The translations under genes and the position numbers were made by a program. The notes below the pieces were generated by a model. It saw nothing but the letters and a program-made list of their open reading frames with translations. It made no database searches and was not told the DNA's origin. DNA of 32,000 nucleotides from Flavobacteriaceae bacterium (GTDB lineage Bacteria > Bacteroidota > Bacteroidia > Flavobacteriales > Flavobacteriaceae): the NCBI GenBank assembly GCA_965224465.1, contig OZ245049.1, positions 1,830,001 to 1,862,000 of the forward strand, read 5' to 3'. Every line of letters begins with the position of its first letter. Position 1 is the stretch's first letter. This document shows positions 18,258 through 26,459 of this stretch, piece by piece.

Positions 18258-18410
18258 AGTAATACATTCCCAAGTGACGGTTTAAAAATGAAATTATTTT
18301 TTAGCGGTTTGATTTTTTTTGCGTGAGGGATAGTAGTGGCATCCTTTTTTGTTTTTTTTACAAAAAAGATATAACGAATAGCCCGACCCTTGGGGCACGC
18401 CCAAATTGTT
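18258..18410 (-). repeat. Copy E, a diverged member of the intergenic element family with a GC-rich patch, next to the 3' end of the RAYT pseudogene
   Basis: The first 45 nt or so (AATACATTCCCAAGTGACGGTTTAAAAATGAAATTATTTTTT) match copy A closely. The interior keeps GCGG, GGATAG and a T-rich tract but is otherwise diverged. It ends in the GC-rich GCCCGACCCTTGGGGCACGCCC (18381-18402), which stands out in this AT-rich DNA. Confidence 0.6.
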
Positions 18411-18421
18411 AATATATTCTA

Positions 18422-19009
18422 TTAATTATCATTTTTATAGAATTTACCCTCGTTCCATTTTTTATTGGGTTGTTGATAATGTGATTGGATGTATTGTGAA
18501 ATGATTCGGTAGTTCTGATGATATGATCAAAATAACGGGATTACCATCCAAAATCTACGTGAATTTTACGGATTTCAAATGTGCATCTTCCTTTGTATCA
18601 CCGAATAATACGGGGAATATTTTTATAAAACATTGGATTATTGTCTCCTGTAATGCTACCAATATTGTTTGTGGTTTTAAGTTATACCAACTACAATCCA
18701 AAATGACGGTTTAGAAATGTATGTGGTATTGGTTCACGTTTTGGGATACGTTTATATCAACACCATCATACATATGATTTGGCATCACCACAAATTTACC
18801 CAATTTCACAAATGGGAAATGTTGCGGTATTTGATTCCAATATTTTTCTGCCATTTCACCTATTGCATTCAATTGCATTTTTTATCAATAATATCTCGAA
18901 AAAAACGCTCGATACTTTGGGTGAAAATGGCAATAAAACACACCGTATTACTTCCATAATCTCAATTTGGATTTCTGGCAGATTCTATACGGTATTTATT
19001 TTTATGTTT
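18422..19009 (-). pseudogene. Decayed REP-associated tyrosine transposase (RAYT; IS200/IS605-like Y1 HUH transposase) pseudogene
   Basis: Manual minus-strand translation gives KNKYRIESARNPN*DYGSNTVCFIAIFTQSIERFFRDIIDKK(fs)MQLNAIGEMAEKYWNQIPQHFPFVKLGKFVVMPNHMYDG...(46-bp insert)...NIPRIIR*YKGRCTFEIRKIHVDFGW*SRYFDHIIRTTESFHNTSNHIINNP(fs)KKWNEGKFYKNDN*. There is no start codon. In-frame stops lie at 18962-18964 (TGA where Trp is expected), 18598-18600 (TGA) and 18541-18543 (TAA). Homopolymer frameshifts occur near 18878-18883 and 18458-18463. The HUH motif has degraded to H-M-Y. Confidence 0.8.
18684..18729. repeat. 46-bp palindromic short unit of the repeat family, inserted inside the RAYT pseudogene
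   Basis: ATACCAACTACAATCCAAAATGACGGTTTAGAAATGTATGTGGTAT. The two halves are imperfect inverted repeats and match the termini of the long elements. The unit interrupts the RAYT reading frame between the HUH region and the IIRGYK region. Confidence 0.75.
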
Positions 19010-19040
19010 TTATAGATTTGCAATATCCCAGCTACGACTC

Positions 19041-19076
19041 CTTTGTAGAGGCGTGATTAATCGCGTCTCTACAAAG
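19041..19076. repeat. Near-perfect 36-nt palindrome overlapping the stop codon of the flavoprotein gene (terminator-like or REP-like hairpin)
   Basis: CTTTGTAGAGGCGTGATTAATCGCGTCTCTACAAAG. All 18 symmetric positions can pair: 16 Watson-Crick pairs plus 2 G-U pairs as RNA (the innermost pairs would stay open as the loop). No T-run follows on either strand. It lies between the flavoprotein gene 3' end and the RAYT pseudogene 5' end. Confidence 0.6.
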
Positions 19077-20277
19077 CCACTGATTGCCCTACAATCCATC
19101 CTCCTGTCCAAGCATTTTGGAAGTTAAATCCACCTGTAATGGCATCAATATTTAATATTTCCCCTGCAAAAAACAAATTTTTATGTAATTTACTTTCAAA
19201 GCGTTTGAAATTAATTTCTTTTAAATCTATCCCTCCTGCAGTTACAAACTCTTCTTTAAACGTGCTTTTTCCGTTCACTCGTAGCTTACACGATATCAAT
19301 TGATTGGCTAACGATTCCAATTCTTTAGCACTTATTTGTGCCCACTGACATTGATCTGGAATGTTTGCCGTTAAGACTAATTTTACCCATAATCGTTTTG
19401 GAATATCCTCAAAAGCAGAACGAATGCTCACGTGCTTTTTAGCCTGTGTTTTCTTTAATTTTCGTAAAACTTCTAAAACATGTTCTTTCCGTTTTGAGAT
19501 CCAATTCACTTCAACATCAAACTGATACCCTTGTTCTTCCAACTTACGTGCTCCCCAAGCAGATAATTTTAATACAGCAGGTCCACTCAAGCCCCAATGT
19601 GTAATTAATAAAGGTCCCGAAGCTTCCATTTTCTGCCCTAAAACTTTTACGGTAGCGTAAGGCACCGACAAGCCAGGGATCCCTTCCAACAAACGATGTT
19701 GAATATTAAAGGTAAACAAAGAAGGCACTGGCTTTACAATGTGATGTTCTAATTTTTCTACCAAATCCCACATTTTGGGAGTACTCCCCGTGGCAATCAA
19801 TAAGTAATCTGCCTTAAAAGAGGCTTCCGATGTTTGAATATTAAAAACATCTCCGTTTTTTAAAACGGACTGCACCCTGTGTTTTTTTAATACTTTTATC
19901 TTGTATTTTTCTACATGCTGTAAAAAACAATCGATAATAGCTTGGGAAGTATTTGCTGCTGGAAACACACGATTGTCATCTTCTATTTTCATTGGAACGC
20001 CGTGATTTTCAAACCACTCCATGGTATCTCCCGTCATAAATTGATGGAAAGGGCCCAATAATTCTTTAGCCCCACGCGGGTAAAATTTAACAAGTTCCTT
20101 TGGTTCAAAACAAGCATGCGTTACATTACATCTTCCACCTCCAGACACTTTTACTTTTTGCAACACGTTTCCGCTTGCCTCCAAAATAGTGATATCCAAC
20201 TCGGGGTTTAATTCCGCTGCGTTAATGGCTGCAAAAAAACCGGCAGCTCCTCCTCCTATAATTACAAATCTTTTCAT
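19069..20277 (-). CDS. NAD(P)/FAD-dependent oxidoreductase, HI0933/BaiN-like flavoprotein family
   Basis: 402 aa with an N-terminal Rossmann motif VIIGGGAAGFFAAINAA and the C-terminal block TAGGIDLKEI...FFAGEILNIDAITGGFNFQNAW typical of HI0933-like proteins. It starts 12 nt after the GYDIA kinase gene. Confidence 0.8.
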   Translation of the reverse strand: MKRFVIIGGGAAGFFAAINAAELNPELDITILEASGNVLQKVKVSGGGRCNVTHACFEPKELVKFYPRGAKELLGPFHQFMTGDTMEWFENHGVPMKIEDDNRVFPAANTSQAIIDCFLQHVEKYKIKVLKKHRVQSVLKNGDVFNIQTSEASFKADYLLIATGSTPKMWDLVEKLEHHIVKPVPSLFTFNIQHRLLEGIPGLSVPYATVKVLGQKMEASGPLLITHWGLSGPAVLKLSAWGARKLEEQGYQFDVEVNWISKRKEHVLEVLRKLKKTQAKKHVSIRSAFEDIPKRLWVKLVLTANIPDQCQWAQISAKELESLANQLISCKLRVNGKSTFKEEFVTAGGIDLKEINFKRFESKLHKNLFFAGEILNIDAITGGFNFQNAWTGGWIVGQSVAL

Positions 20278-20289
20278 CTTATTCTTCTG

Positions 20290-21231
20290 CTATTTGGTAA
20301 GTATCATATCTTTATATGAAACCACCGTTTTAAATCCTTTATTTTTAAAATAAGCAGGGGTTTGTTCATTACCTGTAGCGATTATAAAATCGCCTCCCCA
20401 TGCTCCTAAACTTTTTGTCTGCCCAAAATAATCACTAAACAATAATTCTTGGACAGGCTTGTTTTTTATCACTTGCCCTATAATAGTTTCGTGATCTTTT
20501 AATAATTGTTCAAAGCTAGGCAAATTATCTACAGAAATCATAGCCTTTGTAATGGCATTAATCTCTTGAAAAACCTGAATCAACGCCCCTTCTTTATACT
20601 GTTGATACCTACGAATACCAGCCCTGCTATTTTGTTTTACATTCAAATGTACAAAATACAAACTGTCTTGAAACGAAGGATTAAAATCTACGACTTCAAT
20701 AAAAGGAGTACTGCCATTTCTCTTGTAAAATATTGGGCGATTATTTTGAGCACTCGCAATATCATAACCACTCCCTCCAAAGGTGTTTTCTAACAATTCA
20801 AACGGACTTACCTGCGCCCATTCCGCCACATTATTTATCAATGTAGAAGAACTTCCCAGCCCCCAATCCTGAGCGAACTCAAGAGTTGTTTTTACCAAAA
20901 AACCTTGCTTTGAGTTTAAAAAATCAGCATTTAATTGTCTTGCTTCTACTAAAATTTCCCACAATTTTTCTGCCAAGGTATCTTTAGCTCCATCTTCTTG
21001 AGAATCAAAATCTGCAGAGACCAAACGCAACCTCGGCAATTCAAACGATGCTTTAAACCAACAATTTCCTTGGCTGTCATAACTTTCCCATAACAATACG
21101 GGTTCTTTTAGTTTTTGAATGCATAAATCCTGACCAAAGCGCGTAGGTAAAGAGAGTGCTTTTGCACCATCTAGCACTACATATTCACCTGTCAATAATA
21201 ATTTTCCATGGCTGTAATATCTCTTCAACAT
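20290..21231 (-). CDS. GYDIA-family GHMP kinase (candidate phosphomevalonate kinase analogue)
   Basis: 313 aa. It has N-terminal GKLLLTGEYVVLDGA, the GHMP motif WGLGSSSTL and the eponymous GGSGYDIASAQ motif. It starts 21 nt downstream of the HMG-CoA reductase gene. Confidence 0.8.
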   Translation of the reverse strand: MLKRYYSHGKLLLTGEYVVLDGAKALSLPTRFGQDLCIQKLKEPVLLWESYDSQGNCWFKASFELPRLRLVSADFDSQEDGAKDTLAEKLWEILVEARQLNADFLNSKQGFLVKTTLEFAQDWGLGSSSTLINNVAEWAQVSPFELLENTFGGSGYDIASAQNNRPIFYKRNGSTPFIEVVDFNPSFQDSLYFVHLNVKQNSRAGIRRYQQYKEGALIQVFQEINAITKAMISVDNLPSFEQLLKDHETIIGQVIKNKPVQELLFSDYFGQTKSLGAWGGDFIIATGNEQTPAYFKNKGFKTVVSYKDMILTK

Positions 21232-21252
21232 AAGGGGGTTTTTACTATTAAT

Positions 21253-22569
21253 TTAAACCTTCGTCATTTTCTGATAAGCTTCGACTACGGCGTTATGAGT
21301 CACTGTTTTATTATCAAAATAAGAAATCAAAAACTGTTTCTCCGCTACACTAGCTCCTAATTGCTTAATAATATTGGTCAAATGCATTTTCATATGTCCT
21401 TTTTGAATCCCTGTAGTGGTCAATGCTCTTAAGGCAGCAAAGTTTTGTGCCAAACCAGCCACTGCTACAATCATCATTAATTCTTGCGCCGAAGGGCTTC
21501 CTAGCAACTGTAAACTAAGTTTAGATAAGGGATGTAATCCTGTTAAACCACCAACAGTTCCAACTGCTAACGGAATTTCTATCCAAAACTTAAATATGCC
21601 ATTTTTAATTTCACAGTGCGTCAAGCTTTTATAAGTTCCCGATTTTGCAGCATAGGCATGTGCCCCACTTTCTATGGCTCTAAAATCGTTCCCCGTTGCT
21701 AAAATCACAGCATCTACACCATTCATCACCCCTTTATTATGCGTCACAGCACGGTGAGGTTCAATATCAGCTATCCGGATGGCTTGTTCAAATTTCTGAG
21801 CAAACACTACAGAATTTTCAGCATATAAATCACTTACAGGACAACTTACTTCTGCACGAACCAAACAATTTGGCACATAATTAGACAGAATACTCATGAC
21901 TACAGAAATTTGATCATTCTCAAAGGCATTCGCAATCGCTTCTAGGCAAGTATTGATAAAATTAGCTCCCATACTATCCTTGGTGTCAAAGGTAATATGT
22001 AATTGATAATAATTCGCTAATTCGGAAGTTTTATCCCTTAATTCAATCTCTAAAATACCACCTCCACGCTTGCGCATGTTTTTTGTAATTCCTTCTGTAG
22101 CTTTATATAAATCGGCTTTTTTCTCATTAAAATAAGCGAGGAGCACTTCCTTTTTTTCTTGACACATAAAATGCACCTGACCTATTTTCTCCGTCGCTAT
22201 TACTTCTGCCTTAAACCCGCCCCTTGTACTCCAAAATTTAGCGACTAAAGAAGCCGCTGCTACCACAGAACTCTCTTCCGTTACCATTGGTACGGCGTAG
22301 TCCTTTCCATTGATTTTAAAATTGGGAGCAATGGCAAATGGCATGTAAAAATTACTCAATGTATTTTCTATAAAATCATCGTGTAAATCTTGTAACACCA
22401 CATTTTGATTCCAGTATTGTTTTAAGGTATTTTCAACGTGTATATCATCCTTAAAAAATGTTTTTAACATCCATTGTAATTTTTCTTCTTTTGAGAATTT
22501 TGAAAATCCACTAACTGTTTTTGGCATTATATTATCGTATTTGTAATTTACAAAGGTAATTTTTTCCAA
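21253..22569 (-). CDS. mvaA: Hydroxymethylglutaryl-CoA reductase, class II type (start possibly at Met-15, nt 22527)
   Basis: 438 aa with VPMVTEESSVVAAAS, DSMGANFINT, LAVGTVGG and GIQKGHMKMH blocks characteristic of class II HMGR. Confidence 0.88.
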   Translation of the reverse strand: MEKITFVNYKYDNIMPKTVSGFSKFSKEEKLQWMLKTFFKDDIHVENTLKQYWNQNVVLQDLHDDFIENTLSNFYMPFAIAPNFKINGKDYAVPMVTEESSVVAAASLVAKFWSTRGGFKAEVIATEKIGQVHFMCQEKKEVLLAYFNEKKADLYKATEGITKNMRKRGGGILEIELRDKTSELANYYQLHITFDTKDSMGANFINTCLEAIANAFENDQISVVMSILSNYVPNCLVRAEVSCPVSDLYAENSVVFAQKFEQAIRIADIEPHRAVTHNKGVMNGVDAVILATGNDFRAIESGAHAYAAKSGTYKSLTHCEIKNGIFKFWIEIPLAVGTVGGLTGLHPLSKLSLQLLGSPSAQELMMIVAVAGLAQNFAALRALTTTGIQKGHMKMHLTNIIKQLGASVAEKQFLISYFDNKTVTHNAVVEAYQKMTKV

Positions 22570-22674
22570 CTAAGGATTATTTAATCGAGCCTTTTTTGTT
22601 AAAAAATGATAGAACTCAGTACAAAATTGCTAAAATTTGCTTAAACTTGGCATCCCTTTAACAGATGAACATAA

Positions 22675-24858
22675 ATGAAAAAAATCACAGTACTGCTATT
22701 TGCAATTTCTTTTATAGCAACGGCGCAAAAAAGTGACATTAGCTTAGAAAATATTTGGAATGGAGATTTTAGAACGGAGCGGATGAACGCGCTCAATTCT
22801 ATGAACGGGAATTTTTACACTTTACTCAATTTTGACAGGGAAACTCGTAGTTCTTCCGTAGACAAATACAGTTACGCAACATTAGAAAAAGTAGCCACCA
22901 TTGTGGACAGTAGAGAGTTAGATGCAATTAAATATTTTGAAAATTATACGTTTAACAATAATGAGACAAAACTTATTTTAGGTGTAGATTCAAAACAAAT
23001 TTATAGACACTCTAGCATTGGTGTTTTTTATGTGTACGACATCGCTTCAAAAAAATTGGTTAAAATTGATGAAGCTCCAATACAAGAACCTCTATTTTCT
23101 CCTGACAGTAAAAAAATAGCTTACGCTAAGGGAAATAATATTTACATAAAAAACTTAGAAACAGGCAAAACGTATGCTGTAACTACAGACGGGAAGAAAA
23201 ATTCCATTATCAACGGTATTTGTGATTGGGTGTACGAAGAGGAATTCGCTTTTGTACGTGCCTTTGACTGGAGTGCCGATAGTAAAAATCTAGCTTTTAT
23301 ACGTTTTGATGAATCGGAAGTCCCAACATTTTCTATGAATGTTACAGGAAACAAGTTATACCCAACACAGCAGGTTTTTAAATATCCAAAAGCGGGTGAG
23401 AAAAACTCTGTAGTAAGCTTGCATATTTTTACTGTGAAAAACGCCCAAACCACTAAAATTGATTTAGGTGATTACGAGTATATTCCAAGAATTCAATGGA
23501 CAAAAGACAGCCATATTTTATCTGCTATTACTTTAAATCGTCATCAAAACAATTTAAAACTATTTTTTATTGATACCAATAGTAAGAAAGCAAACGTAAT
23601 ACTGAATGAAACTGACAAGGCGTATATAGACATTAACGACAATTTGACCTTTTTAAAAGACAATAGCTTTATTTGGACTAGTGAAACCGATGGATTTAAT
23701 CATATTTATCATTATAGTAAAACAGGTAAATTAAAAAAACAAATCACCAAAGGGGCCTGGGAAGTCACTAATTTTTACGGTGTAAATGAGGACTCAAAAA
23801 CAGTGTATTACCAATCTGTAGAAGACGGTACTATTAACAGAACCATTTACTCCATTGGATTAAACGGCAAACACAAGAAAAGACTGACCAATGCCTCTGG
23901 AACCAACAATGCATCATTCAGTAAAAATTTAAACTACTTTATCAATACCTTTTCTGATGCCAATACAGCTCCCATATATACTTTACACAACGGAAAAGGG
24001 AAGCTATTAAAAGAGGTTTTGAACAATCAAAAACTACAAAAAAAGCTAAGTTCTTATACTATTTCCAAGAAAGAATTCTTTATACTTACTACAGACCATG
24101 GATCTTTTAATGCATGGATACTAAAACCAAGTAATTTTGATGCTCGTAAAAAGTATCCGTTATTTATGACACAGTATTCTGGGCCAGGATCTCAATCTGT
24201 AAAAAACAGTTGGAACAACTCCAATGATTATTGGTACCAACACTTGGCACAAAAGGGATACATTATAGTTTGTGTTGATGGAAGAGGAACTGGCTTTAAA
24301 GGAGCTGACTTTAAGAAAGTAACTTATTTAAACTTAGTCAAATACGAAACCATTGATCAGATAGATGCTGCAAAAAAATTAGCAAAACGCAGTTATATTG
24401 ATGAAAATCAAATAGGTATTTGGGGGTGGAGTTTTGGAGGCCACATGAGTACTAACTGTTTGATAAAAGGAAGTGACATATTTAAAATGGCGATTGCCGT
24501 AGCACCCGTTACTAGTTGGAGATTTTACGATTCGATATACACAGAGCGGTTTATGCGAACTCCACAAGAAAACCCAAACGGCTATGACGAAAACTCACCG
24601 ATTAATTATGCAGATCAATTAAAAGGTAAATTTTTACTAATTCACGGTTCAGGTGATGACAATGTACATGTACAAAACACCATGCGTTTGACCAATGCGT
24701 TAATTGCAGCAGACATTCCTTTTGACATGGCAATTTATCCAGACCGTACCCATGGAATTTATAAAGGAATAAATACAAGGTTACATTTATATAAAAAAAT
24801 GACTTCGTTTATCGAAGAAAATTTAGGCACTAAGAAAGAAGACAAGATTTCAAAATAA
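22675..24858 (+). CDS. Dipeptidyl-peptidase IV (S9B family serine peptidase), secreted
   Basis: 727 aa with signal peptide MKKITVLLFAISFIATAQ, an N-terminal DPP-IV beta-propeller region, and a C-terminal alpha/beta hydrolase with Ser in GIWGWSFGG, Asp in HGSGDDNVH and His in PDRTHGI. Confidence 0.9.
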   Translation: MKKITVLLFAISFIATAQKSDISLENIWNGDFRTERMNALNSMNGNFYTLLNFDRETRSSSVDKYSYATLEKVATIVDSRELDAIKYFENYTFNNNETKLILGVDSKQIYRHSSIGVFYVYDIASKKLVKIDEAPIQEPLFSPDSKKIAYAKGNNIYIKNLETGKTYAVTTDGKKNSIINGICDWVYEEEFAFVRAFDWSADSKNLAFIRFDESEVPTFSMNVTGNKLYPTQQVFKYPKAGEKNSVVSLHIFTVKNAQTTKIDLGDYEYIPRIQWTKDSHILSAITLNRHQNNLKLFFIDTNSKKANVILNETDKAYIDINDNLTFLKDNSFIWTSETDGFNHIYHYSKTGKLKKQITKGAWEVTNFYGVNEDSKTVYYQSVEDGTINRTIYSIGLNGKHKKRLTNASGTNNASFSKNLNYFINTFSDANTAPIYTLHNGKGKLLKEVLNNQKLQKKLSSYTISKKEFFILTTDHGSFNAWILKPSNFDARKKYPLFMTQYSGPGSQSVKNSWNNSNDYWYQHLAQKGYIIVCVDGRGTGFKGADFKKVTYLNLVKYETIDQIDAAKKLAKRSYIDENQIGIWGWSFGGHMSTNCLIKGSDIFKMAIAVAPVTSWRFYDSIYTERFMRTPQENPNGYDENSPINYADQLKGKFLLIHGSGDDNVHVQNTMRLTNALIAADIPFDMAIYPDRTHGIYKGINTRLHLYKKMTSFIEENLGTKKEDKISK

Positions 24859-24891
24859 GTTAAATCGTTTAAAACTTAATTCACAATTATT

Positions 24892-26373
24892 ATGACTGAA
24901 AATCAAATTCAACAAGGACATCCAAAGGGTCTCTACGTACTATTTATGTCGGAGATGTGGGAGCGTTTCTGTTTTTATGGAATGAGAGGGTTATTAACAC
25001 TCTATTTAATAAAAGTATTATTAATCCAAGGAAACGATTCGTTTTTAATTTACGGAGCCTACACCGCATTGGTTTATTTAGCTCCAGTAATGGGAGGTAA
25101 AATTGCAGATGCAATATTGGGGTATCGGAAAGCAGTGATTTTTGGAGCTATTTTAATGGCTATTGGAGAATTTGTAATTATTGGCGGTGGTGCCGACATG
25201 TTGTTTTGGGGAATGGGATTTCTGATTGTAGGAAACGGGTATTTTAAAGCCAACATTTCTAGTATTGTAGGTAAATTATATGAGAAAGACGACCCGAGAA
25301 GAGATTCTGGATTCACCATTTTTTATATAGGAATTAATGTTGGAGCTTTATTGGCAACCACCATTTGTGTATATGTAGGAGAAACCTATGGGTTCCATTA
25401 CGGATTTGCCTTGGCAGGTTTCGGAATGCTATTAGGACTGGTATTCTTTATGTTGGGAGAAAAACATTATATAGAAAAAGCCTTACCTCCATTTCCTGAG
25501 AAATTAAAAGAAAAAGTATTAGGTTTTTTACCTAAAGAATATGCAGTATATATCGCTTCATTGGCTGTTATCCCTGCAATCTATTATCTTGTAAATCACA
25601 ACGTAATTGTTGGATATGTATTAGCTGTTGTAGCTATCGGAATTATCATCTATTTATTATCCGAAGGTGTTAAAGGAGGAACCGTATTATTACACAGGAT
25701 GATTGCCTTTTTAATCTTATGTAGTTTTAATATTGTATTCTGGGCATTGTTTGAACAAGCAGGAACTTCTTTAACTGTATTTGCCAATAACAATGTAAAT
25801 AGAGATGTTTTAGGATTTACATTAACGGCGGGAAACACACAGTTTTTTAATCCATTATACATCATCATTTTTGGATCTATTTTCTCTATGATGTGGATTA
25901 AACTATCCAAAATCGGAAAAAACCCATCTATTCCTATGAAATTTGGATTGGGGATTGTTCAGTTAGGATTGGGATACTTAGTTATCTTAGCAGGGAACGA
26001 GTTTGCAGACGAATTGTTTAAAGTGCCATTATGGACCTTAGGCTTCTTGTACATGTTACATACCACAGGAGAATTATTCATCTCACCTATCGGATTATCG
26101 ATGGTAACAAAATTGGCACCGTCACATTTAACAGGAACGCTTATGGGAGTTTGGTTCTTATCTTTAGCAGGTTCTAATTATCTTGCAGGTATCTTAGCTA
26201 CCATGACAGGCGGAGAAGGAGAAGGCGGAGAAGTCATACAATTAACAGCAGCAGAAGGGCTGGCAAAATATGTAGATATTTACAGCACCATGGGATACGC
26301 CGCTATCGGTATCGGACTCTGTATCATGATAACTTCACCGTTATTGAATAAATTGTTACACGGTATTAAATAA
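24892..26373 (+). CDS. POT/PTR2-family proton-dependent oligopeptide transporter (paralog 1)
   Basis: 493 aa with the POT signature SEMWERFCFYGMRGLL, the second PTR2 motif FTIFYIGINVGA, and 12 or more TM helices. It starts 33 nt after the DPP-IV gene. Confidence 0.88.
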   Translation: MTENQIQQGHPKGLYVLFMSEMWERFCFYGMRGLLTLYLIKVLLIQGNDSFLIYGAYTALVYLAPVMGGKIADAILGYRKAVIFGAILMAIGEFVIIGGGADMLFWGMGFLIVGNGYFKANISSIVGKLYEKDDPRRDSGFTIFYIGINVGALLATTICVYVGETYGFHYGFALAGFGMLLGLVFFMLGEKHYIEKALPPFPEKLKEKVLGFLPKEYAVYIASLAVIPAIYYLVNHNVIVGYVLAVVAIGIIIYLLSEGVKGGTVLLHRMIAFLILCSFNIVFWALFEQAGTSLTVFANNNVNRDVLGFTLTAGNTQFFNPLYIIIFGSIFSMMWIKLSKIGKNPSIPMKFGLGIVQLGLGYLVILAGNEFADELFKVPLWTLGFLYMLHTTGELFISPIGLSMVTKLAPSHLTGTLMGVWFLSLAGSNYLAGILATMTGGEGEGGEVIQLTAAEGLAKYVDIYSTMGYAAIGIGLCIMITSPLLNKLLHGIK

Positions 26374-26404
26374 TACAATGACTCAATTATAAAAAATAAA
26401 ATCC

Positions 26405-26440
26405 AAAAGCTCATGTAAGAAATTACTTGGGCTTTTTTTT
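26405..26440 (+). terminator. Rho-independent terminator after POT paralog 1
   Basis: AAAA-GCTCATGTA-AGAAAT-TACTTGGGC-TTTTTTTT: a 9-position stem with 7 Watson-Crick pairs, one G-U pair and one mismatch, followed by an 8-T run. Confidence 0.6.
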
Positions 26441-26459
26441 AATCATAAAAACAAATAAA

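Noticed and set aside
18962-18964. In-frame TGA at a position where RAYTs have Trp, considered as possible TGA-to-Trp recoding or an alternative genetic code
   Set aside because: The same gene also contains another TGA at a non-Trp position, a TAA, frameshifts, a lost start and a 46-bp insertion. All other genes in the window terminate normally under the standard code. Simple decay explains it.
18523-19015. Three plus-strand ORFs of 63, 80 and 78 aa in the ORF track
   Set aside because: They are antisense read-throughs of the RAYT pseudogene. The minus strand, once stops and frameshifts are allowed, gives a clearly recognisable transposase sequence. The plus-strand peptides are low-complexity and resemble nothing.
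26427-26459. ORF-track TTG starts for POT paralog 2 (26427) and paralog 3 (28219)
   Set aside because: The 26427 start lies inside the upstream terminator hairpin and T-run, and the extensions (MGFFLIIKTNK, MYLALSTLNIKFSY) look non-native. In-frame ATGs at 26460 and 28261 give N-termini typical of the family.
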